Shown here piece by piece: positions 49,200 through 60,485 of a stretch of DNA of 64,000 nt. The notes beneath the pieces are model-generated. The model ran no database searches, was not told the DNA's origin, and saw only the letters and a list, made by a program, of their open reading frames with translations. This DNA comes from Tubulanus polymorphus. Lineage: Eukaryota; Animalia; Nemertea. Position numbers and translations under genes: made by a program. The DNA is taken from contig NC_134028.1 in assembly GCF_964204645.1 (NCBI RefSeq), forward strand, positions 12,137,263 through 12,201,262, read 5' to 3'. Position 1 is the stretch's first letter; each line of letters opens with the position of its first letter.

Positions 49200-50804
49200 T
49201 GTATATAAGTCATTGTGTTCTAGATATTGTAAGCTAAATCGTGTATATTATATATTCTGGTATAATTCCATAAAAACTCTTTAAGGAGGGAAGTGTTATG
49301 TACTGCAGATTTAGATATACGTACACATATATAACGCTTTTAAACGTAACGCTTGTTAACCAGATAAGAGATTACTACATATAATACTGTGTTCTGAATA
49401 CTACATATAATATTGAATAGTATTACCGTGGTTCATAAGTTCCATTTATATTGAGTTGTATATAAGTTGTGTACATGTGAAATAAATCAGTACTGTAATA
49501 AACTGCCTACACTCCACACACGTCGATGTCATAGCGTTGGTTACTGTTTCTCTGTCCGTGCCGTAACAACATGCATTTTAATAAATCTGATTCCTCCTTT
49601 ACAGTGAACTTAGCTTTAACCTAGTAGAGGCTAGTAGCCTATGTAGGCCTATGTATATGCGTAGGCCTAACATCCCGACAGATTGGTCGTAGGCCTATTG
49701 AATTACAACCCTCCTAAACATTGTAAATTTTGTTTTGAAGTCCAATCTAATGAGTCCGTTAATAAACGCAACAATTAGACTGTGTTTGTTTGAGACAGTA
49801 AAGCTAAGTACCGGAAGGCCTAAAGTCTTAAGGACGCGTACAACTCGATAAACACTTCAAGCAACACAGCGAACGATCTCCTTTCCCCCACGGAATGTCA
49901 AGTGCGAGTCCAGCATATGGATAGGAGTGTGTTATATCCTTGTATTTAGTAAATACCTTGCGCATTTGATGAAGTTCGGTATGTACTATTGGAAATATAG
50001 AGTATTGATAAATGGTTGAAGCCTGCGGCCGAATTAAGTAATATCTTCTTTTATTTTGATACCTCGTCGACACAACAGCTTTTCTCCGCTATATCTCTTC
50101 GGCGTGTTTAGTTTAGGCCTACGACTCCCCGGTACTCTAATGATTAATCTTAGTAAATACATGGTTAATTTGGTAAAGAAACAACAGGCCCATGGGCCTT
50201 GAAGCATTGGTAGATTATACTGTGGTATTAAGTGGTTATAATGTTTTACATCTGCCGGCAAATCTTCTATGAGGATGTTGATTGGGAGGACCACAGACTT
50301 AAAGGTCTATTTGTCTAGTACGATTTTATTCCTGAAAATGAATTTATTTTCTGCCTAGCTATTTAGCCTAGGCTATTTGTACTGTTAAACCTCATTAATG
50401 CGATTCTGTTAAAAAGACAAAACTAGTTTATTCTGATGTTTTCCATCATGTCCCAGCCAAGATATTTATATCAATCAAGATTTGGATACAAAAACCCATT
50501 TTTACGCATGAACTGTTAGGCCCCACTGAATAATGAAAACAGAAACAGAACGATTTTTCTGAATGCAATTGCAAGACCCTCCGATCTTAGAGCTCCAAGC
50601 TCTGATGCATGTACGCATGCAAAACGTCGCAGAGAGCGATGCCGGCGTTGGTGTCACTGAGGCCAGCTGGTGATTGTTTGTTTGTCTTTTTGTTTGTTTG
50701 GCTTTACGTACATCGTTTGGATCTTGGTTTCCCAAGACTATTCCTATTGGATTGTTCATTTAATCTCACGATGGTACGACCTTTGAAGTGTTGCCCACAC
50801 ACTG

Positions 50805-50890
50805 TTCGCAGCCAGCAGGACTCAAACCCACTCAGCATTGATAGTGGATTCAACATCATCACGCCTTATCTCACTGAGCTACCGAGGCCG
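50805..50890 (-). repeat. tRNA-derived SINE head (degenerate)
   Basis: Minus strand has box-A-like TAGCTCAGTGAG and box-B-like GGTTTGAGTCC; no full cloverleaf. Confidence 0.45.
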
Positions 50891-52719
50891 CTCGATTCAA
50901 TTCCAAAAAACCACAGCAGCGGCAAATAACCATCGCAATATTGCAATTTACGACAATCAACGCGTAAATTCAATCACTGTTGTTTAACGCATAGAAAAGA
51001 TAATAAAAGGTATTTTTTCCCGGCGCGCATTACAAAGCGAATCTCTGCCGAGGGCGTCAGAGGGTGCTACCGCCTTATGAGTGCGCAGCAGGCAGGTAGG
51101 GCGTCCTAAAGTGAAAACTTATATTAGAATATAGCCGAATCGAATTTTACAATGTCAGTCAACTGATTGATGATACAACATGGTTGTTCTCGGTGTACTT
51201 AACAATGATATTTTCCTCCAATTAACAACTCTGGTAAAATTGAATAAAATGATCTATCTTTATTGGTGATATCGTATCATGGTGGTAGCCTACCGTTTAC
51301 CGTTTGATGTTTCGTGTCATCATGAAATTGTTTTAACTTTAGTAAAGGCGTTCCCGTACGATCACATACGGGTTTCAGTCACGAGTAGGCTGCCGTTCCA
51401 CTGCTCTAGAAATACGTATTCTGACGCTGAGAATTAATCCCAAATAATCCCATGGATACTGATAGTTGGAATAACAGTGATATCCAAACACTGTGATTTT
51501 TCTAAACCGGAGGTACATAATTTTATGTTTTTCTATTCAGAAGAGGCTGTTCCCCATTCTTAACTGCCAATGTCAATGCGGACATATCGCTACGCGATTG
51601 TTTAACCCACTCTCATCAACCAGATAATGAACGAGAAAAATGCGATCGAATAACTTTTTGGACCATTAAATCAGAAATCTGGCGACGCTATGTTGTGGGG
51701 AATAATTGAAACATTTTTTTGTAATTTTCAGCTGTTTCTAATGTTTTACGTGAACGGAGTGACAATTTGAAGTTTCTATGAAAATGAGAACAGTCGGCGC
51801 TATTTTTTCGTACTACTATTTTCGATCCATTTTACTAGCATTGGCATGACGTCATAGATGTCAACCAATGCTAAAAAGGTATTGGTAAACTAACTGCTTG
51901 AAACCGGTGGCCAAATCACAGGTAGTAATAAATTGATTTGTACTCAATTTGATTCTCATGATGAGGAGAAACTCGCAGCTGATACCCGGAACAACGATGT
52001 AACGACACACGTCAATTCGTCGATGTTTATGGCTCAACAGTGCTTTTAAAATCTAAAGTGGTAAATTTCCTGTGTATCGGTAATATGATTTGATGAGGAA
52101 AATGGGCTATTGTTAAAATTAGTTTTTAAAAACCGCGGCTGAATGTGCAATCTTTGGGTAATAAATTTGTTAATTTATGCTTGAATTGATAATCGACCTG
52201 ACAAGAAACGTGCAGTAGATTTCGGAAAGACGACTTAGAAAAACATGTCGGCTCTTTGAATGGGGCTCAATTTTCGATGTTTACGGCCCGATAGTGCTTT
52301 TGTAACGTTGATTCTTCAAAATACGCATGGAGTATTTGTAGATCAAAGTAAGCTGAATGATATCAGACAGAATGTATCGACAACAGTGGTTATGTAAAAA
52401 AGCCTATGCACTTTTGACAAAAAGAGTGTGGAAAAAATAATAATAATAATAATTATCACACGAATCTCAATAGGGTTTTCTGTGAAGAAACAGAAAACCC
52501 TAATAATAATTATCATGTGAATATCAATAGGGTTTTCTGTGAAGAAACAGAAAACCCTAAATATCAAGACTATAAGTCAAAACTTATGTGAAAGATCATG
52601 ATAATTGATCAAATCGTTTTCAAAATTTTTCTTGAAAACTTTGAAAGCTGATTTTGGCTAACAACAATGGCTGCCACTTGGCAAAACCAGAAAAACGAAA
52701 CAGATGAACCAGTAATCGA

Positions 52720-53690
52720 AAATCTCCGTATCCCTGATGATATTGTGCCTGTAGACATTGACAAAATTTCTATAAATCCCCCATCAATTTAAATCAAACC
52801 ATTAACATTTTGAGAGGTTTGAATTTCACTCACATGATACCATCCTTAGAAAATATGAGACCTATAACAGGGCGTAGTTAAGGGCACCTTTTGCTCAGAG
52901 AGTCCAAGCATTGGAAATGCTAACCTCAATGAACAATCCAGTTTTAGATGATTCTAATACAGTGCAATCTTCTGCTAAATATTGAAAGAAGATACTATAC
53001 CAACTTGGGCAGCTACAAAGGTCACATCAGCCAGACGATCAACCAAATACACAAAGTGGAATTGTTGCCCCTTGGTTAAAGAGATCTCCAACTGATTGTA
53101 GTGCTCTCTATACAGATTTGTGTCTTGCTCAAGGCATATGAGCTTTTGTTGAAGGTCCTCATCGCAGAACAGTGTGATAACACTTGATCTGGACTTGTGT
53201 GAGAGGGCAACCAAGCTGCAATCTTCGACAGCAAATGCCAACAGGCTTTTGAAGCTGATCTATATTTTCCATCTACAAAATCCCCCAAATATTCACTGGA
53301 AAGTGATTTAGGCAAGGTGTAGAGTAAGTACCCCATCATCAACATCATGGCCTGCTATGAACTGCTCTTAGAAGCATTTACACGGCAAGTAAAACCTGGA
53401 AACTATGGTCCAGATATGCCATAAACTCTGCAGTAAGCTACACAAGAGACAAGATGACATCACAGATATCTTTGAAGAAGTAAGTTCAAAGACAAGTATG
53501 CTCGACTTGTGCCAGTCTATGTTGCCCAAATGCAGTTGCTCAAGAAAACTTATCAAGACAACTGGAAAGCTCTGAAATGTCGTTATTTCATGGTATCTAA
53601 ATCAGGCATTCCGTTCACAAGTGTTTTCAATGCATGTGATCCCAACATTCTGAAGACGTGGTTGAACTAGGGGTGCAGGGACACCATGCC
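52720..53690 (-). mobile_element. Very degraded LINE ORF2 fragment
   Basis: Weak remnants resembling SPGPD (TSPDQV) and NYRPI (~52870); multiple broken ORFs. Confidence 0.3.
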
Positions 53691-53958
53691 CACTTGGGAA
53701 AAGGTTTCAAATGCTCAACAATCTTATAATTCCAATATTCAATGCCCCCTGGTGACCATATACAAAAACCAATGACCTTGAAACTCACCACAATCATAGA
53801 ATGTCAGCAGCTATGATTTTGTAATTGATTGTGATAACAAAATATGCTTCATTACCAAATTAATAAGGAAATACTAAGTTATTCTACTATTCAACGCCCC
53901 CTGGTGACCATATGCAAAACCCAATGACCTTGAAACTCACCACAATCATAGAACATGT

Positions 53959-56742
53959 TGTTGAAATCTATGTATATAGAGTTAAATTTGTGCTTCCTTT
54001 ACCGGTATTGTTTAAGTTGTGTATTAGTACTGTTGGATATTTGTATACAGTATTATCGTATTATCCTTAAATCCTTCGCGTTTCGCTTCACGTAGAATTG
54101 AATAGATTTAGTAAACCATGAACTTCTATCTGTATAAATTTTCGGGGCATTTCTGTAAATGCACAGCCTTATCCTGTCATTCGAATTTGAGGTATGCCAG
54201 CTCTATGCTATGGCTGGAGGTAGCAATTGTAAGTTACTGAATTATCACCATTTTCTGCTTATTTTATTGTATTGTCACTCATTTAGTTATTTTTGTATTG
54301 TAGCAAACAGGTACTTGTTGTTTTGTGCTAGTTAATAAATCCGAGTTGAAGCTATTCCGTCCTTCCGTCGTTTTCGTTGATCGTAGTTGCTGACATAAAA
54401 GTTTGAATTGCTTACCGTAGCAATTATATAGTTCAAGTTACACGATGTCGGTCGTCGACGAAAAATCTGTCGAAGAAACCGAAAGATACGAGATCCAGTT
54501 TAGCCGGTTGGTTGACACGTGCGATAGATAAGGCCGCTACAATTACCTGTTCATCGGCCGTCGAATCTGCTAAATTGCGTGTTACTGGCAGTTTGAGTTC
54601 TCTTCAAACTGCACACAATCGTTATGTAACTTATTTGGAGGATGAACATGAAATTGAAAAAGCCGAAGATTGGTTCGAGGGTTATTACGAACGAGCAATG
54701 GATGCCCTCACGCGATTAGAAACCGTTCAGAGTTCCTACTGCGGCTGGCTCAAGGTTAAATCCTACTGCTGTACCTTTTGCGAATGGCTCGCAATCGCAA
54801 GATGTGAGACAAAAATCCAGTACGGAGCAAGAAAAAGAGCCTAACCTGATGAATCGTTTAACAATTGATGCTTGGAACGATGATCTCATAGAAGGAATGG
54901 AAACGGTAATTGGACCGGAAACTGTAATTTCATATCTCGAGGAAGCTGTCGTCAAGATGCAGATTGACCAAGACTTGCCGAAGGTGGAACTGACAACATT
55001 TGATGGCTCCGCACTTCAATGGCCACGTTTCATTGAACAGTTTCATGCTCAAATTCATTGCCGCCCCGGTATTAAAGATACCAGGAGAATGGATGCTTTA
55101 CAGACACACGTAAAAGGTGAGGCAAAGAAGCTTATTCGGGGTCTTGGATTTAGTGGAAAGAATTATGCGCGATCCCTTAAAGAATTGAAATTTGTTTTTG
55201 GTCATCGTGTGCATGTAGCAAGAGCTTATATTGATTCCATTACTAATGGTCCAGTAGTTAATCCTTATGACTCTATTTCATTACGTAATTTTTATATTTC
55301 TGTCAGAGATTGTTTAATTACATTGAATCAGATGAACTATACCTCAGAAATAGGTAGTAGTGATTTGTTGCAAAAAACTGTCAAACGCTTACCAATTGAC
55401 AAGCGTTCAAAGTGGAATGATTTTGCTCGTCGCATATATCGGCAGCGGGATCTCACTTTATTAGATCTTGAAAATTGGCTCAAGGACTGTGTCGATGCTG
55501 ATTTCGGTCCGTTTTCATAGCAAAGTAAACCCAGGCGTGCTAGTAATTTCAATAATGAAAGCTTAAATAAGTCTAGAGTCAAACTACGAAATGTGTCCTG
55601 TGTTCGGAAAATCACAATTTAAGTAAGTGTAGATTGTTTTTAGAGAAACCCGTTGAACAAAGATTCACGTTTGTCAAGTCTAATCGTTTGTGTATTAACT
55701 GTTTAGCTCAGGGACATTATCTGATACATTGTCTTGTTTGTCAACAATTAGGTGTAAAGAAACAGAATGTGGTAAAAAGCATCGTACACTATTGCATAAT
55801 CAACTTCAGTCAAATTCAGTTACCTACAAATAATTCTGATAATGTGTGGTCAAATTCTGGTCTTCTGGAAAGTCTGATGATTTTCAATGTAATATTGACT
55901 ATAATACTGAAAAGGCAATTGGCCAAATTACGGTTTTGAGCGCTGAAAGTAATTGCACAAATGTATATTTTCAGGTATTACCGATCATAGTTCAAGGCAA
56001 GAACGGTCGTCAAATCGCCACATATGGTTTGCTAGACTCTGGCAGCAATATCACTATGATACAAGATAGTTTGGCCGCTGATTTAGAGCTGCCTGGTAAC
56101 ACGCAAATGCTAACAATAAATACTCAACATTCTACTGTCTGTCACACCTACTCTCCGTGCGACGTTTTGGTCCGTAATTTCGTTAATAATCGGTTTATCT
56201 ACCTTTATTATGCATCAATTTGTTCAGTGAGGAATTTGCATTCAGAAATAAACAACAATTTTCACTTAAGTTGTTTTTGTTTTCATTTATGAGCGATAGT
56301 TTACTCAGCATACGCTCCCGTAATGCTGAAAAATCCGCTCCGCGGACGCTCGGAAACGTTACAGTGACGTCATCACCTGCTCATTAGCATATCAAAATAC
56401 AGTAGGTGGCGCCACGTGACGGGCCATAAAAGCCGTTTTTCAGCATTACGCGAGCGTATGCTAGGTAAACTATCGCTGATAGAAGAAAACACAAACAAAT
56501 TTCTGCCAGTTCATGATTTATTTCTGAATGCAAATTCCTTACTAAACAAATTGATGCATAATATTTACAGATCAACCGATTATTAATGAAATTACGGACC
56601 AAAACGTCGCACGAAGAGCATGTGTGACAGACAGTAGTGTTGTTCGACCATAAAGTTGCATTTCTTTCACTGTTCAAGCAAATCTACCCAATGCTGAGGT
56701 AATATCCATTTCTCGGGCGTGGAGTACTTCTGGTCAGATTCA
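53959..56742 (+). mobile_element. BEL/Pao LTR retrotransposon, 5' fragment (LTR ~53959-54395, gag, protease), 3'-truncated
   Basis: LPKVELTTFDGSALQWPRF (DUF1759-like), CCHC knuckles CVLCSENHNLSKC and RLCINCLAQGH, and protease YGLLDSGSNITMI. The LTR differs from the one at 1386-1922. Confidence 0.88.
56135..56634. mobile_element. Tc1/mariner-type MITE (500 bp, ~200-bp TIRs, TA TSD) inserted in the BEL protease
   Basis: TA|CTGTCTGTCACAC...TGTGACAGACAG|TA. Excision restores the frame INTQHSSVVRP*SCISFTVQANLPNAEVISISRAWST. Confidence 0.88.
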
Positions 56743-57903
56743 TTGCAAAACCAAATGCCATGACCATATGCAAAACCAAATGACCTTGAAACTCACCACA
56801 ATCATAGAACATGTCATGAACTACAACTTTGCAATTGATCATGGTAACAAAATATCCCTAGGTACCAATCTAATAAGGAAATATCAAGATATTCTACTAT
56901 TCAACGCCCCCTGGCGACCATATAGAATAACTTATGTACTTGAAACTCACCACAATCATAGACGATGTCATGAGCTACAATTTTGTAATTGATTGTGGTA
57001 ACAAAATATGCGTAGGTACAAATATAATATAGAAATACTAAGTTATTGTATTATTCAATGCCCCCTGGTGGCCATATACAAAAAAGCAATGACCATGAAA
57101 CTCACCAAAATCATAGAAAACGTTATGAGCTACAACTTTCCAATATATTGTGGTAACACAATATGCTTAGGCAACAATATAATGTGGAAAAACGTTTTCC
57201 CACCTACAAATGAGTACTGATGACGCCAAGATGGCTGCCAATTGCGCCATAATTGGCTGATCAAAAATACATGTCTCAGGTATAAAACATCCCTTTCCAA
57301 AGAATACCCATCACAAATTGCAATTAGAAATGGCAAACCAGTAGGAAGCTACAGGACTCAGAATTTGGGCCAAAATTGACATTTTTGGGCACTAAAAAGG
57401 TCATAGGACGGCCATCTTGAGTCCGATCGACCCAATTTTTCTTATGTTGATGGGCCCTTGGGAGGTACAAATAAACAATCAAGGTTATTGATAAAAGTCT
57501 CTTCAAAATTTCCCTCGAAAACTTCGAAATCGTGTAAAAAGTGCTGATATTGGCGAACGACAATAGCTGCCAGTCGACCATCTTGAATCTGATAGGGCCC
57601 GTTTTTGGCATGAAGATGTGTCTAGGGTAGATACATGTATAAACCAAATATCAAGACATTACCTTGAAGCGTCTTCAAAACTTCCCAAAATAACTGGATT
57701 CCGTCTACGGACGGACAGACGGACGACGGACGAAAAGTGAACGCAATAGCACGCTGGGACTAAAGCCCCAAGTGGGCTAAAAAATGGTATCTAACTTTTT
57801 TGAAATCAGCACACTTTAATTCATAAAGTAGGCCAATAAAATCAATTTTGGCATAAAAATCCAGCTGTAATACAAATCATACTGTACAAATTGTGAAACT
57901 TAC

Positions 57904-58024
57904 TGAACTATGTAATGAAGAAGCTGTCTTTTTATGGTCACTTAATAATACATCATCTGGTTTGGTTAAAGACAGTGCAATCTTTTCAATCATGTCTAAT
58001 TCCTTAAGAAGCTTCTTCTGTTGG
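57904..58024 (-). CDS. Probable upstream exon of the KATNIP-like gene (QQKKLLKELDMIEK...)
   Basis: tgtttttccag acceptor and TCA|GTAAGT donor. Its phase-0 end matches the 28560-28781 exon; helical QQKKLL segment. Confidence 0.6.
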
Positions 58025-58764
58025 CTGGAAAAACAAAATAATATATCATGGTTTATTGCTCCAATAGAGCAATGCTGAAAAGTGCTATAACCCTGTGGGG
58101 TTGAGGAAATCTTCATGTTAGTGAAATACTGTCGAATCCTGTGATATGATATAAGTCAAATATTTTATAATTATATATATCTACAATTTCATATCAAACG
58201 CTTCATAATATTTCATATCTCTAACTGCATGAAATGTTAAATGATGATAATAATAATAATATCAATAATGTAATATAACTTTTGAATATTGTATCAATAT
58301 GTGCTTAATGTCGTAATCAACATATCACATTACTCAATATGTATTCATAGTAATAAGCTCTACTGTCTTGTGAGGCCAAATCGGACAGCTCACTACAATT
58401 AGACGATCAACCGCAAAAATTGAAATTACCTTCAGCTTTCTTGATATAATTCAATTACATCTGTAATGCTTCCTAAACTGGGGATAAGATTATCAACGTA
58501 TTTATCTCTTAATATATTCTCTGAAAATCTTTTCTTAGAAATATGTAGATGATAAAATATAGTACTGTTAAGTATAATAGGTGAGCATGCTGCTCCAAAA
58601 AGAACTCTCTTGAACCAGAATGTAACAAACTTGGTGTTTTTGATAAATGTCGGACCAAGGAACTAGTATGCGTATTTGTTACGTCAAAATTCATAGGTAC
58701 TGGAGCATAATCAACTCACACACAGACAGCACACAGATCACAACGATCAAGTTAGTGTAGTTAA

Positions 58765-59052
58765 CCCTTTCAGTGCTGGCTAATTAATACCCTATAGTGC
58801 TGAAGATAATTTGAAAATTCTGAAAAATTCCACCCTAGTGTGTTGAATAACGGGAATAGCACTATAGTGCGTCTACACCCTGGCGCGGTGTATCGTTAGT
58901 TACAAATATTTCACTATGTTTGACAGGTGCTGCTATCTTTCAATGGAGATAATTAGTAATTACTAATTAAATCAATACACCGCAGTGCGGTGTACTAGCA
59001 AAATCCATGACTGATTCGTACACTGCACTGCGGTGTAGACGCACTGAAAGGG
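58765..59052. mobile_element. piggyBac-type MITE (288 bp)
   Basis: TTAA TSD on both sides and 12-bp TIR CCCTTTCAGTGC. Confidence 0.9.
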
Positions 59053-59939
59053 TTAATACGTCAAGGGAAAGGCAACATGTGAAATGAGGTAATAAACTAA
59101 AAGACCAAAGGTCCTGTACTCTCGAGGTACAGTTGTCGAGGAACGAGAATCGTGTATGATTACAGCGAATCAAAGCACACTATTTTTACAGTCATTGAAT
59201 TAATAAAAGATCCAATTAACGGGGTTAAATCAGCTGCAAAAATAGATCTGTATTCAAGATTATTTTACATTATATAAGGTTGAATGGTGATGAAAATTGA
59301 TCAAAAAAATATTAAGAAGATTTTTGAATATTTTATCAATAATTCGTTTGGATAAATTTATTTCACAAGGTGAATTAATATCACTTGGCATAAATGGGCA
59401 CCTTGCACTAACTATGGGTACCTTAGCAGTCTTAAATTCCTTGTTTCGTGCTGGGAAAGTAAGTGGGAGTCTTTAAATTTGAATAGTTAGCAGACAATGT
59501 CATTGAACGTGTAATTTTTACGGTTAGACCGAAATAATTGCCAAGTTGTATGGCAGTGTGGCGTGCTTTTATTCATTTACTGCAGACGGTTTGCTTAGCA
59601 AACAGTCAGCATTCCTCATTAACAGGGTTCCCTATGCATCGCAACAACCAATCAGAGCTACGCGCACCTGCTATGGAGTCCCGTCAATAGACTGTTTAGT
59701 AACACATTTTCCTTGCCAAACTTGTATTCTTGTAAATCTAATCTTGTATGAAAATAGAAATAATAATTAAGTATTTTGCACTATAAAATTGATTTTTGGT
59801 GCACCAGTGCTAATTTTGGTGAATAAAATGTGCGTAAGAATATTCGGATGAATTTTACACAATACAAGCCTTATTTACATATGGAAAACACCGAACTGGG
59901 GATCAATTATTGTTTAGGATATAAGTAATTGTCATTCTA

Positions 59940-60238
59940 TGCCAAAGCACGCTCATCCGTAGCGTCCTAAACTTCAAACGTTTGATTGGAATCTGATGTA
60001 TTTGAATCACTATTTTGCACTTTAATCGCTGTTAGTATCAAACGTTTCTATACACTACACCATGTTGTTTCCGTTTGGGTTCTCAGCATGATGTCTCACT
60101 TCCGGGTTGGGAAGGAATCAGCGCGGCCAATCAAAAGTCTCTTTTTAACACTAGTCTCATTAACCACTAAATCAATAAATAGGTTATAATTGATAAAAAA
60201 TACTTTTAGCCATATCTTAAAACCTCTTCATGACCCCT
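59940..60238 (+). mobile_element. Diverged right-end remnant of the same Kolobok family
   Basis: Collinear with 45065-45439 (KolX start and promoter) and ends AAACCTCTTCATGACCCCT|TTAA. No matching left TIR found. Confidence 0.85.
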
Positions 60239-60485
60239 TTAAAATCTAGCGCAGTATCGCAGCTCTGTCTTTAAATCTGCAACACGCTGATGTAGCTGCA
60301 ATGGTTCATTCTTCTAACCGCGAATGAATCTACTCTTATATTACAAATTGCGTCCCTACATCGTTTACTGTTAATTTGAACTTCGACAAATCATCTCATC
60401 TCTGCACTTCATAAGGCTGTGGTAAAACCTCTTGGCCCATGGGCAATTATTATTTTGAATGGAATAAACTCAATAATCGATTTTC

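Larger units (their letters stand above)
36889..49568 (+). mobile_element. Gmr1-like Gypsy LTR retrotransposon (PR-INT-RT-RH order), interrupted by Kolobok
   Basis: 275-bp LTRs at 36889-37163 and 49294-49568 (about 9 mismatches by eye). ACAT TSD, tRNA-Pro-type PBS TGGGGGCTCGTCC (~37168) and PPT aaggagggaag. Empty site ttaacatgcatttt at ~32822. Confidence 0.95.
36321..52504 (+). repeat. Hairpin-ended repeat family B, copy B2 (host of the Gmr1 element)
   Basis: Segments 36321-36888, 49569-~50190 and ~51880-52504 are collinear with B1/B3. Ends GGGTTTTCTGT-gaagaa-ACAGAAAACCC-TAAT. Confidence 0.75.
29596..52560 (+). repeat. Hairpin-ended repeat family B, copy B1 (body 29596-34115, displaced 3' end 52505-52560)
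   Basis: Starts AAATATAGCTGCAAAGCAG. The body is collinear with 60486-62935 (inverted). It breaks at its (AAT)n tract, and the missing hairpin end reappears after copy B2. Confidence 0.7.
53720..57785 (+). repeat. Helentron/HINE-like element with ~152-155 bp internal tandem repeats, interrupted by a BEL fragment
   Basis: Unit aa(c/t)gccccctggtgaccatat..aaaaccaatgaccttgaaactcaccacaatcatagaa at ~53741, 53893, 56760, 56902 and 57057. The end has (GGAC/GACG)n followed by the hairpin gggactaaagcccc. Confidence 0.65.

Noticed and set aside
50805-50890. Functional tRNA gene
   Set aside because: Only degenerate A/B boxes; no convincing acceptor or anticodon stems.
1-56742. The two BEL/Pao pieces as parts of one element
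   Set aside because: The LTR sequences differ and the order (3' half first, 5' half 52 kb later) is incompatible.
53720-57250. Regularly spaced repeats as a CRISPR-like array
   Set aside because: Whole ~153-bp units are repeated with no unique spacers and no cas genes; the context is eukaryotic.
58080-58700. Additional upstream host exons (~58459-58520, ~58090-58137)
   Set aside because: Splice-like signals exist, but a stop-free, phase-consistent chain could not be established by eye.
37608-60238. KolobokP-like long terminal direct repeats or one giant Kolobok ending at 60238
   Set aside because: The element is already closed by TIR+TTAA at 45439 with gag restored on excision. The 59940-60238 piece is a diverged independent remnant.
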